64,000 bases of DNA from Candidatus Cloacimonadota bacterium. GTDB taxonomy: Bacteria > Cloacimonadota > Cloacimonadia > G963667145. The stretch lies in the NCBI GenBank assembly GCA_963676615.1, contig OY781092.1, positions 1,440,001 through 1,504,000 of the forward strand, in the 5' to 3' direction. Below the pieces are notes generated by a model. That model was not told the origin of the DNA. It saw nothing but the letters and a program-made list of their open reading frames with translations, and ran no database searches. Shown here piece by piece: positions 28,843 through 37,512 of the stretch. A program made the position numbers and the translations under genes. The first letter of the stretch is position 1. Each line of letters starts with the position of its first letter.

Positions 28843-30473
28843 CAAGAACCCTCATAAAAAGCGCAGGACAAACCCTGGCTGGCTGTTGCGCCATCGGCAA
28901 AATTCACAAAATAAACCAATCGCAAGAGTTTAACGCAAAAAAAAATATCGACAAACAAGAAATCGAAAAAGAGCTAAAAAAGTTTGAAGATTCGATAACC
29001 AAAGCCAATCAGGACATCGACAAAACCCTTTTACACCTTGCCGACAGCGACGACGAGAATTTTCACAAAATCATAAAAGTTCACAAATCGATTTTGAACG
29101 ACCCCGAAATTAAAAAAGACATCGCCCAGCTGATTCAGACCAAACTGCACTCGATGGAGACGGCTATCAACAAAAAATTTTTGGAAATCGAAGAAAAATT
29201 CACCTCCATAAAAAACCCTTATCTCAAAGAAAGAATTAAAGATTATAAATTCGTAAAAGACTCACTCATCAGCAAATCAAACCTTTTTGACCTAAAAAAA
29301 ATCTCCGAGCCGACCATATTGGTAATCGAAGAAATCTCCCCCGGGCAAGTGATAAATTTTCACAAAAATAAAAACCTTGTCGGGATTTGTCTAAAACACG
29401 GCAGCAGGACATCGCACGCATCTATCATCCTCAAATCTCTAAACTTAACCTCGATAATCCAGCTCGAAAAAAACTATCAGTTCCTAGAAGAAGGCGCGCA
29501 AATCGTCCTTAACGCAATCGAAAATTACATCATCCTCAATCCAAACAAAGACGATTTGCAAAAATGCGAAAAAGAGATCGAAGCCGAAAAAATCAAAGAG
29601 GCAGAACTACGAAAATTGATCGATAAACCGTCGTTCACCAAAAGCAAAAAACGCATCAAGATAAGAGCCAATATCGACTTTGAAGAAGAAGTGCAAGTCG
29701 CCCAAAAAAACGGCGCACACGGCGTCGGACTCCTTCGCACCGAAATGTTTTATATCGAAAAAAACAGCCTGCCCTCGGTCAAAGAGCAGTTCCAATACTA
29801 CAAAAAAATCGTCAGCCAATTCCAAAACAGTGTCATCATCCGAACGCTCGATTTTGGCGGCGACAAAAGCTTTGGCGCAATCGATTCTGTCAAAGAAGAA
29901 AACCCAAACCTCGGAATGCGCGGCATCAGATTCTCGCTCAAAAATCGCGAAATTTTCGCAACGCAACTAGAGGCGATACTAATGGCATCCGCTTTCGGAA
30001 AAATCAAAATTCTTTTGCCGATGGTCTCCAAAGTTCAAGAGGTTACCGAAAGCAAAAAAATCTTGGAAAGTTGCAAAAAAAAATTGGACAAAGAAAATCT
30101 GCCCTACGACAAAAACATCAAAATCGGCATTATGATTGAAATCCCGTCAGTCGTTTTTTTGATAGAAGAGTTTGCCGAAGTTTGCGATTTTTTTAGCATC
30201 GGCACAAACGACCTAACCCAATACACCCTTGCCGTTGACCGCAATAATCAGCAAGTTAAAGAACATTACGACGAATGCGACCCAGCCGTTTTTTGCGCAC
30301 TAAAAACCGTTTTAAAAGTCGCCAAACAAAAAAATATTCCAACCTCACTATGCGGCGAGATTGCCTCAAATCCTGAAAAAATTGATAAATTTTTAGATTT
30401 AGGTGTTGACGAACTTAGCGTAAATACAAGTTCAATATTAACTATCAAAAAAAAGGTTATAAATCACAAATGA
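28839..30473 (+). CDS. ptsI: PTS enzyme I
   Basis: GSRTSHASI, GVGLLRTE, RTLDFGGDK, NPNLGMRGIR, SIGTNDLTQY, LCGE. Confidence 0.96.
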   Translation: MTRTLIKSAGQTLAGCCAIGKIHKINQSQEFNAKKNIDKQEIEKELKKFEDSITKANQDIDKTLLHLADSDDENFHKIIKVHKSILNDPEIKKDIAQLIQTKLHSMETAINKKFLEIEEKFTSIKNPYLKERIKDYKFVKDSLISKSNLFDLKKISEPTILVIEEISPGQVINFHKNKNLVGICLKHGSRTSHASIILKSLNLTSIIQLEKNYQFLEEGAQIVLNAIENYIILNPNKDDLQKCEKEIEAEKIKEAELRKLIDKPSFTKSKKRIKIRANIDFEEEVQVAQKNGAHGVGLLRTEMFYIEKNSLPSVKEQFQYYKKIVSQFQNSVIIRTLDFGGDKSFGAIDSVKEENPNLGMRGIRFSLKNREIFATQLEAILMASAFGKIKILLPMVSKVQEVTESKKILESCKKKLDKENLPYDKNIKIGIMIEIPSVVFLIEEFAEVCDFFSIGTNDLTQYTLAVDRNNQQVKEHYDECDPAVFCALKTVLKVAKQKNIPTSLCGEIASNPEKIDKFLDLGVDELSVNTSSILTIKKKVINHK

Positions 30474-30721
30474 TAATAAATATAGCGATCAAAATCCTTA
30501 ATATCTACTCGCTTCTGATAATCGTGCGGGCGCTCTACTCCTGGATAAATCTCGCCCAGGGGCGCAGCCGACTCTACTACTACCTGTGTCTGCTCACAGA
30601 GCCCGTCCTAGGCAGATTTCGCTTCATCTCGCAAAGACTCAACCTACCTATTGATCTCTCGCCCGTTATCGCCATTTTACTCATAAATTTTATAAAAAAC
30701 GCATTGATATATTATGTCTAA
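30470..30721 (+). CDS. yggT: YggT family membrane protein
   Basis: RALYSW, LTEPVL, IDLSP. Confidence 0.88.
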   Translation: MIINIAIKILNIYSLLIIVRALYSWINLAQGRSRLYYYLCLLTEPVLGRFRFISQRLNLPIDLSPVIAILLINFIKNALIYYV

Positions 30722-31199
30722 AACAAAAATAATCGGAATTCCCGTCGTTTTTATCCTCGTCGGTCTAGACCAGCTGAGCAAATACATAGCTTTGGCATTT
30801 TTCGAAAAATTCGGCTACTTTTCTTATCCAATAATCGGAAATTACCTAAAGTTCACTTTTGCCAAAAACTACGGAGCCGCATTCTCTTTCAGATTTTTCC
30901 AAAATCCGCAAATTAGTAACTACTCTTTCCTTATTTTAACTTTTGTGGCGCTAATTTTCATCATCTATTTAATAAAAAAAAGCGACAAAAAACTGGATAT
31001 AATCGCCTATTATCTCATCGTTGCGGGAGCTCTTGGCAACCTCATCGACAGAGTTTGGCACGGCTTTGTTATCGACTTTATCGACTGCGACTTTCCCGAC
31101 ATTATAATGCAAAGATGGCCTGTTTTTAACCTCGCCGACTCCTATATCTGCATAGCCATAGGGCTCTTCCTTCTTCAAACACTTAAGGCAAAAAAATGA
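30714..31199 (+). CDS. lspA: Lipoprotein signal peptidase II
   Basis: DQLSK, NYGAAFS, GALGNLIDR, VIDFI, WPVFNLAD. Confidence 0.96.
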   Translation: MSKTKIIGIPVVFILVGLDQLSKYIALAFFEKFGYFSYPIIGNYLKFTFAKNYGAAFSFRFFQNPQISNYSFLILTFVALIFIIYLIKKSDKKLDIIAYYLIVAGALGNLIDRVWHGFVIDFIDCDFPDIIMQRWPVFNLADSYICIAIGLFLLQTLKAKK

Positions 31200-31477
31200 A
31201 AAAAAAAACAACAGACAACACAACCTCAAACACCAAACTCGACATCGCTCAATTTGTTATCAAACAAGCGTTTTCGGCATTTTTAAACACACAAAACAGC
31301 AAATCAACTTTGGAAAAATATCAAATAAAATTAGATTTTGAAAAAAAAATATTAGCCTTGGAAAAAAAGATAAACGGACTAAATTACAAACTCAATTCCC
31401 TAAAAAATAAATTCGTTTTCATAATCGTAATTAACTTAATTATAATACTTTACCTTCTGGGCACAATAATTAAATGA
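31196..31477 (+). CDS. Hypothetical coiled-coil protein with C-terminal TM anchor
   Basis: 93-aa ORF overlapping the lspA stop and ending 8 bp before dnaA. Confidence 0.65.
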   Translation: MKKKTTDNTTSNTKLDIAQFVIKQAFSAFLNTQNSKSTLEKYQIKLDFEKKILALEKKINGLNYKLNSLKNKFVFIIVINLIIILYLLGTIIK

Positions 31478-31485
31478 GGTATTAG

Positions 31486-32820
31486 ATGAATCACTTAGAT
31501 CAAGATATTTGGGATAATATTTTAAATTCATTAGAAGAAAACATCAGCGAAAAAAGCTTTAACACTTTCTTTAAATCGACAAAACTTATCGAACTATTTG
31601 ACAATAAGTTAGCTATCGAAGTCGAAACAGAATTTGCCTCTTCTTTCCTCAACAAAAACTACGCAAAAATGCTCGAAGATATAGCCTTGCAGCTCTACGG
31701 AAAAAAATACGCCATCAAATTTTACGGAAAAAACAGAGACCTGGTAAAATCGCCCGAAAACGACTCGTCGCCAAAAAACGAAGCCTTAAAAATCAGCCTA
31801 AACGACCGATTTACTTTCGACCAGTTCGTCGTCGGCAAAAACAACAATTTCGCCTACTCTGCAGGATATGGCGTTGCCGAGCATCCCGGAACAAAATACA
31901 ATCCACTCTTCATCTATGGCAACTCCGGAATGGGCAAAACGCACCTTATGCAAGCCATCGGACACTATATACTCAACAGCTCCATCAAGAAAAAAGTGGT
32001 TTACACAACCTCCGAAAATTTCACAAACGAGCTGATAAAATCTATCAAAGAAAAAACCAGCGAGAGTTTTCGAGACAGTTATCGCAATGTTGACATACTC
32101 CTAATCGACGACATCCAGTTTTTCAAGCGAAAAGAATCGTCTCAAGAGGAATTTTTTAGCACCTTTAATATTTTATATAACAACAATAAACAGATCGTCA
32201 TCACTAGCGATAAACCTCCAAAAGATTTGGAAGGCATCGAAAGCCGACTCGTTAGCCGATTTGAAGGCGGTTTAACCGTCGATTTGTCAATTCCAGAATA
32301 CGAAACTCGGGTCGCAATTGTAGAAAACAAACTAAAAAGAGACGGAACGAAGTTATCATATGCCGTAATTGATTTCATTTGCGAAAATATCGTCGATAAT
32401 ATCAGAACGCTCGAAGGCGCGATAAATAAACTTTTGGCTTACTCTTCCTTTCATGATATAGAAACAGAAAACATAGAAGTTAGCCTCGCCAAAGAGATAA
32501 TCTCCAGCCTTATCTCCAAAAAAGTAGAATCGTTAACGCTGGACAATATTAAAGAAAAAGTGTGCGAAAAATACGGAATTACAACCAAAGACATCTTATC
32601 GAAAACAAAGCGCAAAAACATCGTTTTTCCTCGCCAAATCGGAATGTATTTATCAAACTTCCTAATACCGCAACTAGCGCTCAAACATATCGCTCAATAT
32701 TACAAACGAAAAGATCACTCAACTGTGATAAATGCACGCAGATTAATCAAAAAAAAGATGGAAGAAGATAAATCTTTCTACCTAGAAATACAAAAACTTA
32801 TAGAAAACATAAAATATTAA
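31486..32820 (+). CDS. dnaA: Chromosomal replication initiator DnaA
   Basis: FTFDQFVVG, YNPLFIYGNSGMGKTHL, LIDDIQF, RLVSRF, IRTLEGA, DHSTV. Confidence 0.98.
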   Translation: MNHLDQDIWDNILNSLEENISEKSFNTFFKSTKLIELFDNKLAIEVETEFASSFLNKNYAKMLEDIALQLYGKKYAIKFYGKNRDLVKSPENDSSPKNEALKISLNDRFTFDQFVVGKNNNFAYSAGYGVAEHPGTKYNPLFIYGNSGMGKTHLMQAIGHYILNSSIKKKVVYTTSENFTNELIKSIKEKTSESFRDSYRNVDILLIDDIQFFKRKESSQEEFFSTFNILYNNNKQIVITSDKPPKDLEGIESRLVSRFEGGLTVDLSIPEYETRVAIVENKLKRDGTKLSYAVIDFICENIVDNIRTLEGAINKLLAYSSFHDIETENIEVSLAKEIISSLISKKVESLTLDNIKEKVCEKYGITTKDILSKTKRKNIVFPRQIGMYLSNFLIPQLALKHIAQYYKRKDHSTVINARRLIKKKMEEDKSFYLEIQKLIENIKY

Positions 32821-33037
32821 ATAAACAGTGTGTGGAAAACTTTTGTTAAATAAATGTGGGAAAAGCAAAAATAAAAAATAAACGAAACAACTAAAAAAAA
32901 TAAACACAAAAACTCACAAATTAAAAACAATTGTAACTGTAATAAAAACAGTAAAATAGGTGCAAAAACAACAAAAAAACATACCCTATTATTACTATAA
33001 TTAATATATAAAAAATAATAATATAATAAGGAAAGAG
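32821..33037. other. Putative replication origin oriC
   Basis: Very AT-rich gap after dnaA; DnaA boxes TGTGGAAAA (32831-32839) and TGTGGGAAA (32855-32863); CCC-TAT-TAT-TAC-TAT trios (32984-32998) then an AT run; + strand switches from C/A-rich to G/T-rich here. Confidence 0.8.
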
Positions 33038-33808
33038 ATGACAAAATATTTTTTCGTGACTTTTATAAGCATTTTTCTTTTTGGATGTTTCGAATCGAAC
33101 ACCGTTTTGGCGCGAGTAAACAATAAAACATTAAAGCAATCTGATTTAAAATATTTGAATATTGATAAAAAAAATCAAGAGCAGTTTATTCACGAATGGG
33201 TTAAATTGCAGCTTCTCGCCAGTTCTGTTAAAGAAAATCCTATTATAAATCTGAAAGCTAATTTTAATAAAGCTAAAATGAAAGCAAATATTTTTGTAAG
33301 TAATTTACTTAAAAATAAAGAGATAAACAAAGAAGACTTGTTAAATTATTATAAAGTTAACTACCAAAATTTTTATGAGGTTGTTCCAAAATATAAGTTT
33401 CAAAAAATTTATGTATCGACAAAAAAGAAAAAAAATATAATTATAAACAAAATTTCGGAAAATACAGGGATAAAATTTAGCGATTTGGCAAAAGATTATT
33501 CAGAGGATATTTTTGGAAAAAACGGCGGTTATACGGGGTTTGTAGATAAAAGCGTGATCCGCGATAATGTTTGGAATAAAGTTATAAACTCTCCCAAAAA
33601 TCAGTATGTTTGGGTTGATGTTCCAGATGGCTATGTTATTGCCAGGTGGTATGATAGCAAAGATTTCAAGATACAACAAAGCTTCGATAAAGTTAGAGAA
33701 AAAATAAGGCAAATTTTGATAAAACAAAACAGAGAAAACTTGTTAAATCAAGAGCTTGAAAAGTTAAAAAAAGAGAATAAAGTAGAAATAAATTTAAAAA
33801 ATATTTAA
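33038..33808 (+). CDS. PpiC/parvulin-type peptidyl-prolyl isomerase lipoprotein
   Basis: Lipobox LFGC, VLARVN, FSDLAKDYSED...NGGYTG. Confidence 0.8.
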   Translation: MTKYFFVTFISIFLFGCFESNTVLARVNNKTLKQSDLKYLNIDKKNQEQFIHEWVKLQLLASSVKENPIINLKANFNKAKMKANIFVSNLLKNKEINKEDLLNYYKVNYQNFYEVVPKYKFQKIYVSTKKKKNIIINKISENTGIKFSDLAKDYSEDIFGKNGGYTGFVDKSVIRDNVWNKVINSPKNQYVWVDVPDGYVIARWYDSKDFKIQQSFDKVREKIRQILIKQNRENLLNQELEKLKKENKVEINLKNI

Positions 33809-33823
33809 GATTTAGGAGAAAAA

Positions 33824-34129
33824 ATGAACAATATTTTTTTGGCTCAGCAAAGTATTTTAGGGATGTTGCCGTTTGTGGCAATGATTTTGATTATTTGGTT
33901 TTTGATAATCAGACCGCAGAAGAAAAAGCAAAAAGAACACAAAGTGATGCTTGAGGAGCTAAAAATTGGCGACAAAATTATCACCAACGGCGGAATTACA
34001 GGCGTTATCGCTAATGTAAAAAACGAGAAAAATTTGGTTAGCGTGAAAGTCGCCGACAATGTTAAAATCGATTTTCTGAAATCTTCGATTGCGACCAAAA
34101 TTGTAAAAAACGGAGAAGATGAGAAATAA
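33824..34129 (+). CDS. yajC: Preprotein translocase subunit YajC
   Basis: WFLIIRPQKK, LKIGDKIITNGGITG. Confidence 0.95.
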   Translation: MNNIFLAQQSILGMLPFVAMILIIWFLIIRPQKKKQKEHKVMLEELKIGDKIITNGGITGVIANVKNEKNLVSVKVADNVKIDFLKSSIATKIVKNGEDEK

Positions 34130-34631
34130 AAAAAGTTTGCCGATAATAACTTTCGGAAACGAAATTTTGCGAAAAAAATGCCAATCAGTTGAAAAAATAG
34201 ACGAAAATGTTAAAAATCTTGTCAGTTCGATGATTGAAACGATGTATAACAACAACGGCGTTGGTTTGGCAGCTCCGCAGATTGGCGAGAATTTGCGGAT
34301 TTTTATAATCGATGTAAGTTCAAAAAAAAACGAGCTACAGGTGTTTATAAACCCAGAGATTAAAAAGTTGGAAGGTTCGCAAATTGGGGAAGAAGGCTGT
34401 TTGAGCGTTCCCGAAATTTATGCAGAGATTCCGCGCGCGGAGTTTGTGGAAGTGAGTGCGCAAAATTTGGAAGGCGAGAGTTTTACTTTGAGCGCAGAAG
34501 GACTTTTGGCTGTGGCTATTCAGCACGAGAACGATCATCTGGACGGAAAACTTTTCATCGATTATTTAGACAAACTCGACATTTTGCGATTTAAAAAAAA
34601 GCTCGAAAAAATAAAATGCAAAGCAAGTTAA
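34119..34631 (+). CDS. def: Peptide deformylase
   Basis: GVGLAAPQIG, EGCLS, QHENDHLDG. Confidence 0.97.
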   Translation: MRNKKSLPIITFGNEILRKKCQSVEKIDENVKNLVSSMIETMYNNNGVGLAAPQIGENLRIFIIDVSSKKNELQVFINPEIKKLEGSQIGEEGCLSVPEIYAEIPRAEFVEVSAQNLEGESFTLSAEGLLAVAIQHENDHLDGKLFIDYLDKLDILRFKKKLEKIKCKAS

Positions 34632-35149
34632 AAAAAATCAAACTTTTGGTGCTCGATTGCGACGGAGTTTTAACGCCGGGCTTTTTTTATTATGGATTTC
34701 AAGAGGAGATAAAGCAGTTTAATACCAAAGACGGTCTTGGTTTGGTGATGTTTTTGCAGTTTGGCTATAAAGTGGCGGTCATCACTGGCAGAGAAAGTGG
34801 CGCTCTTGCGCAAAGGTGCTCCGATTTGAAAATAGAATATCTGTTTCAGGGAGTGCGAAACAAGCTGGCTGTGCTCACAAAATTGAAAGATAAGCTAAAA
34901 ATTTCGCTCGAAGAGATTTGTTATGTTGGCGACGATTTGAACGATTTTGAATGTTTGCAAAGCGTTGGATTTGGTGTTTGTCCAGCCAATGCCAATTTTT
35001 TTTTGAAAGACAAAGTAGATTATGTTTGCCAGACCGATGGTGGAAAAGGCTGCGTCAGAGAAGTGATAGATTATATTTTAGAAGCGAAAAACGAATTGAA
35101 AGATGCTCAAGAAAATTTTATCAAAAACTTATCTGCTGTTTCTGATTAG
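34616..35149 (+). CDS. kdsC: KDO 8-phosphate phosphatase (HAD)
   Basis: LDCDGVLT, KDGLG, ITGR, YVGDDLND, GGKGCVRE. Confidence 0.93.
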   Translation: MQSKLKKIKLLVLDCDGVLTPGFFYYGFQEEIKQFNTKDGLGLVMFLQFGYKVAVITGRESGALAQRCSDLKIEYLFQGVRNKLAVLTKLKDKLKISLEEICYVGDDLNDFECLQSVGFGVCPANANFFLKDKVDYVCQTDGGKGCVREVIDYILEAKNELKDAQENFIKNLSAVSD

Positions 35150-35666
35150 CCTGCTGGCAGTCGGTTGTGTGAAAGGCGAGGACATCCTCAAGCACAGCAA
35201 AAAGTTCGAGGGAAAAGGCGAGCTGCCCGAAAAAACCAGCGACACAGTGACTTTAATTTCGCTGGAGAACGAGAAAATTGTCTGGTATCTGAAAGCCAAA
35301 CATATCACGGAATTTGCCAAGCGAAAGCAGATTTTTGCCAAAGATATCGAGATTTACGCTTTTGACGATAACGACCGAATTGTCTCGACAATGACCGCCG
35401 ATAGCGCCGAAATTAACGAAGTTAAAAAGATGTTGGAAGCGATGGGAAATGTCAAGATTTTGAGCGAAAATGGCGTTTTGGAGACGACCAAAATTTATTG
35501 GAATTTAGCGAATAATAGCATTTTTACGCAAGAAAATGTGAAGATTACGCGAGGCGATAATGTTATGTATGGCAATAACTTATACACAGATATTGAGCTG
35601 AATTCGGCGAAGCTTGACAATATTAAGGGAGAGGGCGAAGTTGAAGCTCAAAATATTAATTTTTAG
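35103..35666 (+). CDS. lptC: LPS export protein LptC
   Basis: Lipobox AVGC, beta-jellyroll-like sequence, kdsC-lptC-lptA-lptB synteny; exact start uncertain. Confidence 0.82.
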   Translation: MLKKILSKTYLLFLISLLAVGCVKGEDILKHSKKFEGKGELPEKTSDTVTLISLENEKIVWYLKAKHITEFAKRKQIFAKDIEIYAFDDNDRIVSTMTADSAEINEVKKMLEAMGNVKILSENGVLETTKIYWNLANNSIFTQENVKITRGDNVMYGNNLYTDIELNSAKLDNIKGEGEVEAQNINF

Positions 35667-36759
35667 CGTTTTTATTTTTGCGATTATCGGCAGCGGATAT
35701 GGCGCAAAGGTAAAAAGCCTTAAAAATAGAAAGGTCAAAAAAAGCAGTAAAAATTACCGAATTATCAATTCCGATGTGCTAAAATTGCGAAAAAGTAACA
35801 ACGAAATTATCTCGCAGATGCGAGGAAATGTTCACTTTTTTTACGACGATATCGAGTTTTATAGCGACCGAGCAGATTTATATGAGACCCAGCAAAAAGT
35901 GCAGCTTTTGGGAAATGTAAAGATTATCAAAGACACGATAACCCTTACGGCTGAGGATGTTACCTATTTCAAAAAAGAGGAAAAAGTTTATCTGATCGAC
36001 AATGTTTTTATCAAGATGGAAAACAGAAGCAACGGGACGATGAAAACTTTTTCGTGTCATCGAGCGGAAATCGATCGAGAGTCGGGGCAGATGAAGGCTG
36101 ACCGAGATATCAGGGTTTACGATCAGGAGCGGAATTTGCGGATTTTTTGCGGGAAGATGCGTTACAATCTGAACACCAAAAAAGGGTATATGGTCGATAA
36201 TCCCGAGATTTTTTCGACAAGTGACGATTCGACGAGACTGACGGCGAAGAAGATAGATATTTTGGACGGGCACAACAAAGTTCGAGCGAAATATAATGTG
36301 AAAACTTTTTCCAAATATCACAGAACGCAGAGCGACGAGCTGGTGTATCTGAGTGACGAGCGGAAAGTTATTTTGCTGGGCAAACCGAAGTTTTTTTCGG
36401 ACAAGCTAAACGCAAGAGCGAAGCGGTTTTATTTTTATTCCGATTTGTCTTTTAAAAATATCGAAAAGATTGTGCTGGAGGAAGATTGTGAGGTCGATTT
36501 TCCGTCGGAAGCAGGGAAAAAATTTGACAACAAATTGACTTCTGGCAATGTAGATATAGATTTTTCGGGCTCGAATTTGAAAGATATTATCGCCACGAAA
36601 GATGTGGCGCTGAGCCTGATTAACGAAGACAGTTCGGGCGTTTCGGTGAACAAAATTTATGGCGATACTTTGATTTTGCGGGTGAACGAAGAAAAAAAGT
36701 TGGAATATATGACGATGAAGAGCGACAAAGTGAAGGGCGTTTTTAAATTTAGTAATTAG
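35641..36759 (+). CDS. LptA/OstA-like protein with multiple jellyroll repeats
   Basis: Repeated GNV/DNV/YNV motifs, signal peptide, between lptC and lptB; TTG start inferred. Confidence 0.78.
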   Translation: MKLKILIFSVFIFAIIGSGYGAKVKSLKNRKVKKSSKNYRIINSDVLKLRKSNNEIISQMRGNVHFFYDDIEFYSDRADLYETQQKVQLLGNVKIIKDTITLTAEDVTYFKKEEKVYLIDNVFIKMENRSNGTMKTFSCHRAEIDRESGQMKADRDIRVYDQERNLRIFCGKMRYNLNTKKGYMVDNPEIFSTSDDSTRLTAKKIDILDGHNKVRAKYNVKTFSKYHRTQSDELVYLSDERKVILLGKPKFFSDKLNARAKRFYFYSDLSFKNIEKIVLEEDCEVDFPSEAGKKFDNKLTSGNVDIDFSGSNLKDIIATKDVALSLINEDSSGVSVNKIYGDTLILRVNEEKKLEYMTMKSDKVKGVFKFSN

Positions 36760-36762
36760 ATT

Positions 36763-37503
36763 ATGGAAAATGAAATAAGAATTGAAAATATTGTGAAATA
36801 TTACGGCTCGAAGCTGGTTTTGCGGGATATTAGCGTGAATATTAAGCAAGGCGAATGCGTGGGAATTATGGGTCCGAACGGCGCAGGAAAGTCAACGACT
36901 TTTTATATTGTGCTTGGGCTAATAAAGGCGACGCAGGGCAAAATTTTGTATAACGGAAAGCTGATAAATCACCTGCCGATGTATAAGCGCGCAAGGCTCG
37001 GAATCGGCTATCTGGCGCAGCAACCGTCGATTTTTCACAACTTGACTGTCGAACAAAATGTGATGGCGATTTTGGAGATGCTCAAGATTTCTAAAGTCGA
37101 GCGGAAGCGAAGGCTGGAGGAGCTACTGGCGGATCTAGACCTCACCAAACTCAGTCGTCAGAAAGCTTACACTTTGTCTGGCGGAGAGCGGCGGAAGCTG
37201 GAGATAACCAGGGCTCTAGTGACTAACCCGTCGTTTTTGCTGCTGGACGAACCTTTTGCGGGCGTGGATCCCAAAGCTGTCGAGGACATTCAGAATATTA
37301 TCAAAAAGCTGGGCGAGAAAAATATCGGCGTGCTGATTACCGACCACAATGTTATCGAAACTTTGAAGATTGTGCAGCGGGCGTATATTGTTTTTGACGG
37401 AAAAATTCTTTTTTCGGGAACTTCTGCGGAACTGGTGAACGACGAAAAAGCGCGTGAGGTTTATCTGGGAAACAGCTTTTTGCAACACAATTTTGAAAAA
37501 TAG
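36763..37503 (+). CDS. lptB: LPS export ABC ATPase LptB
   Basis: GPNGAGKSTTF, RARLGIGYL, LSGGERR, LLDEPFAGVDP, ITDHNV. Confidence 0.97.
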   Translation: MENEIRIENIVKYYGSKLVLRDISVNIKQGECVGIMGPNGAGKSTTFYIVLGLIKATQGKILYNGKLINHLPMYKRARLGIGYLAQQPSIFHNLTVEQNVMAILEMLKISKVERKRRLEELLADLDLTKLSRQKAYTLSGGERRKLEITRALVTNPSFLLLDEPFAGVDPKAVEDIQNIIKKLGEKNIGVLITDHNVIETLKIVQRAYIVFDGKILFSGTSAELVNDEKAREVYLGNSFLQHNFEK

Positions 37504-37512
37504 TGGAAGAAA

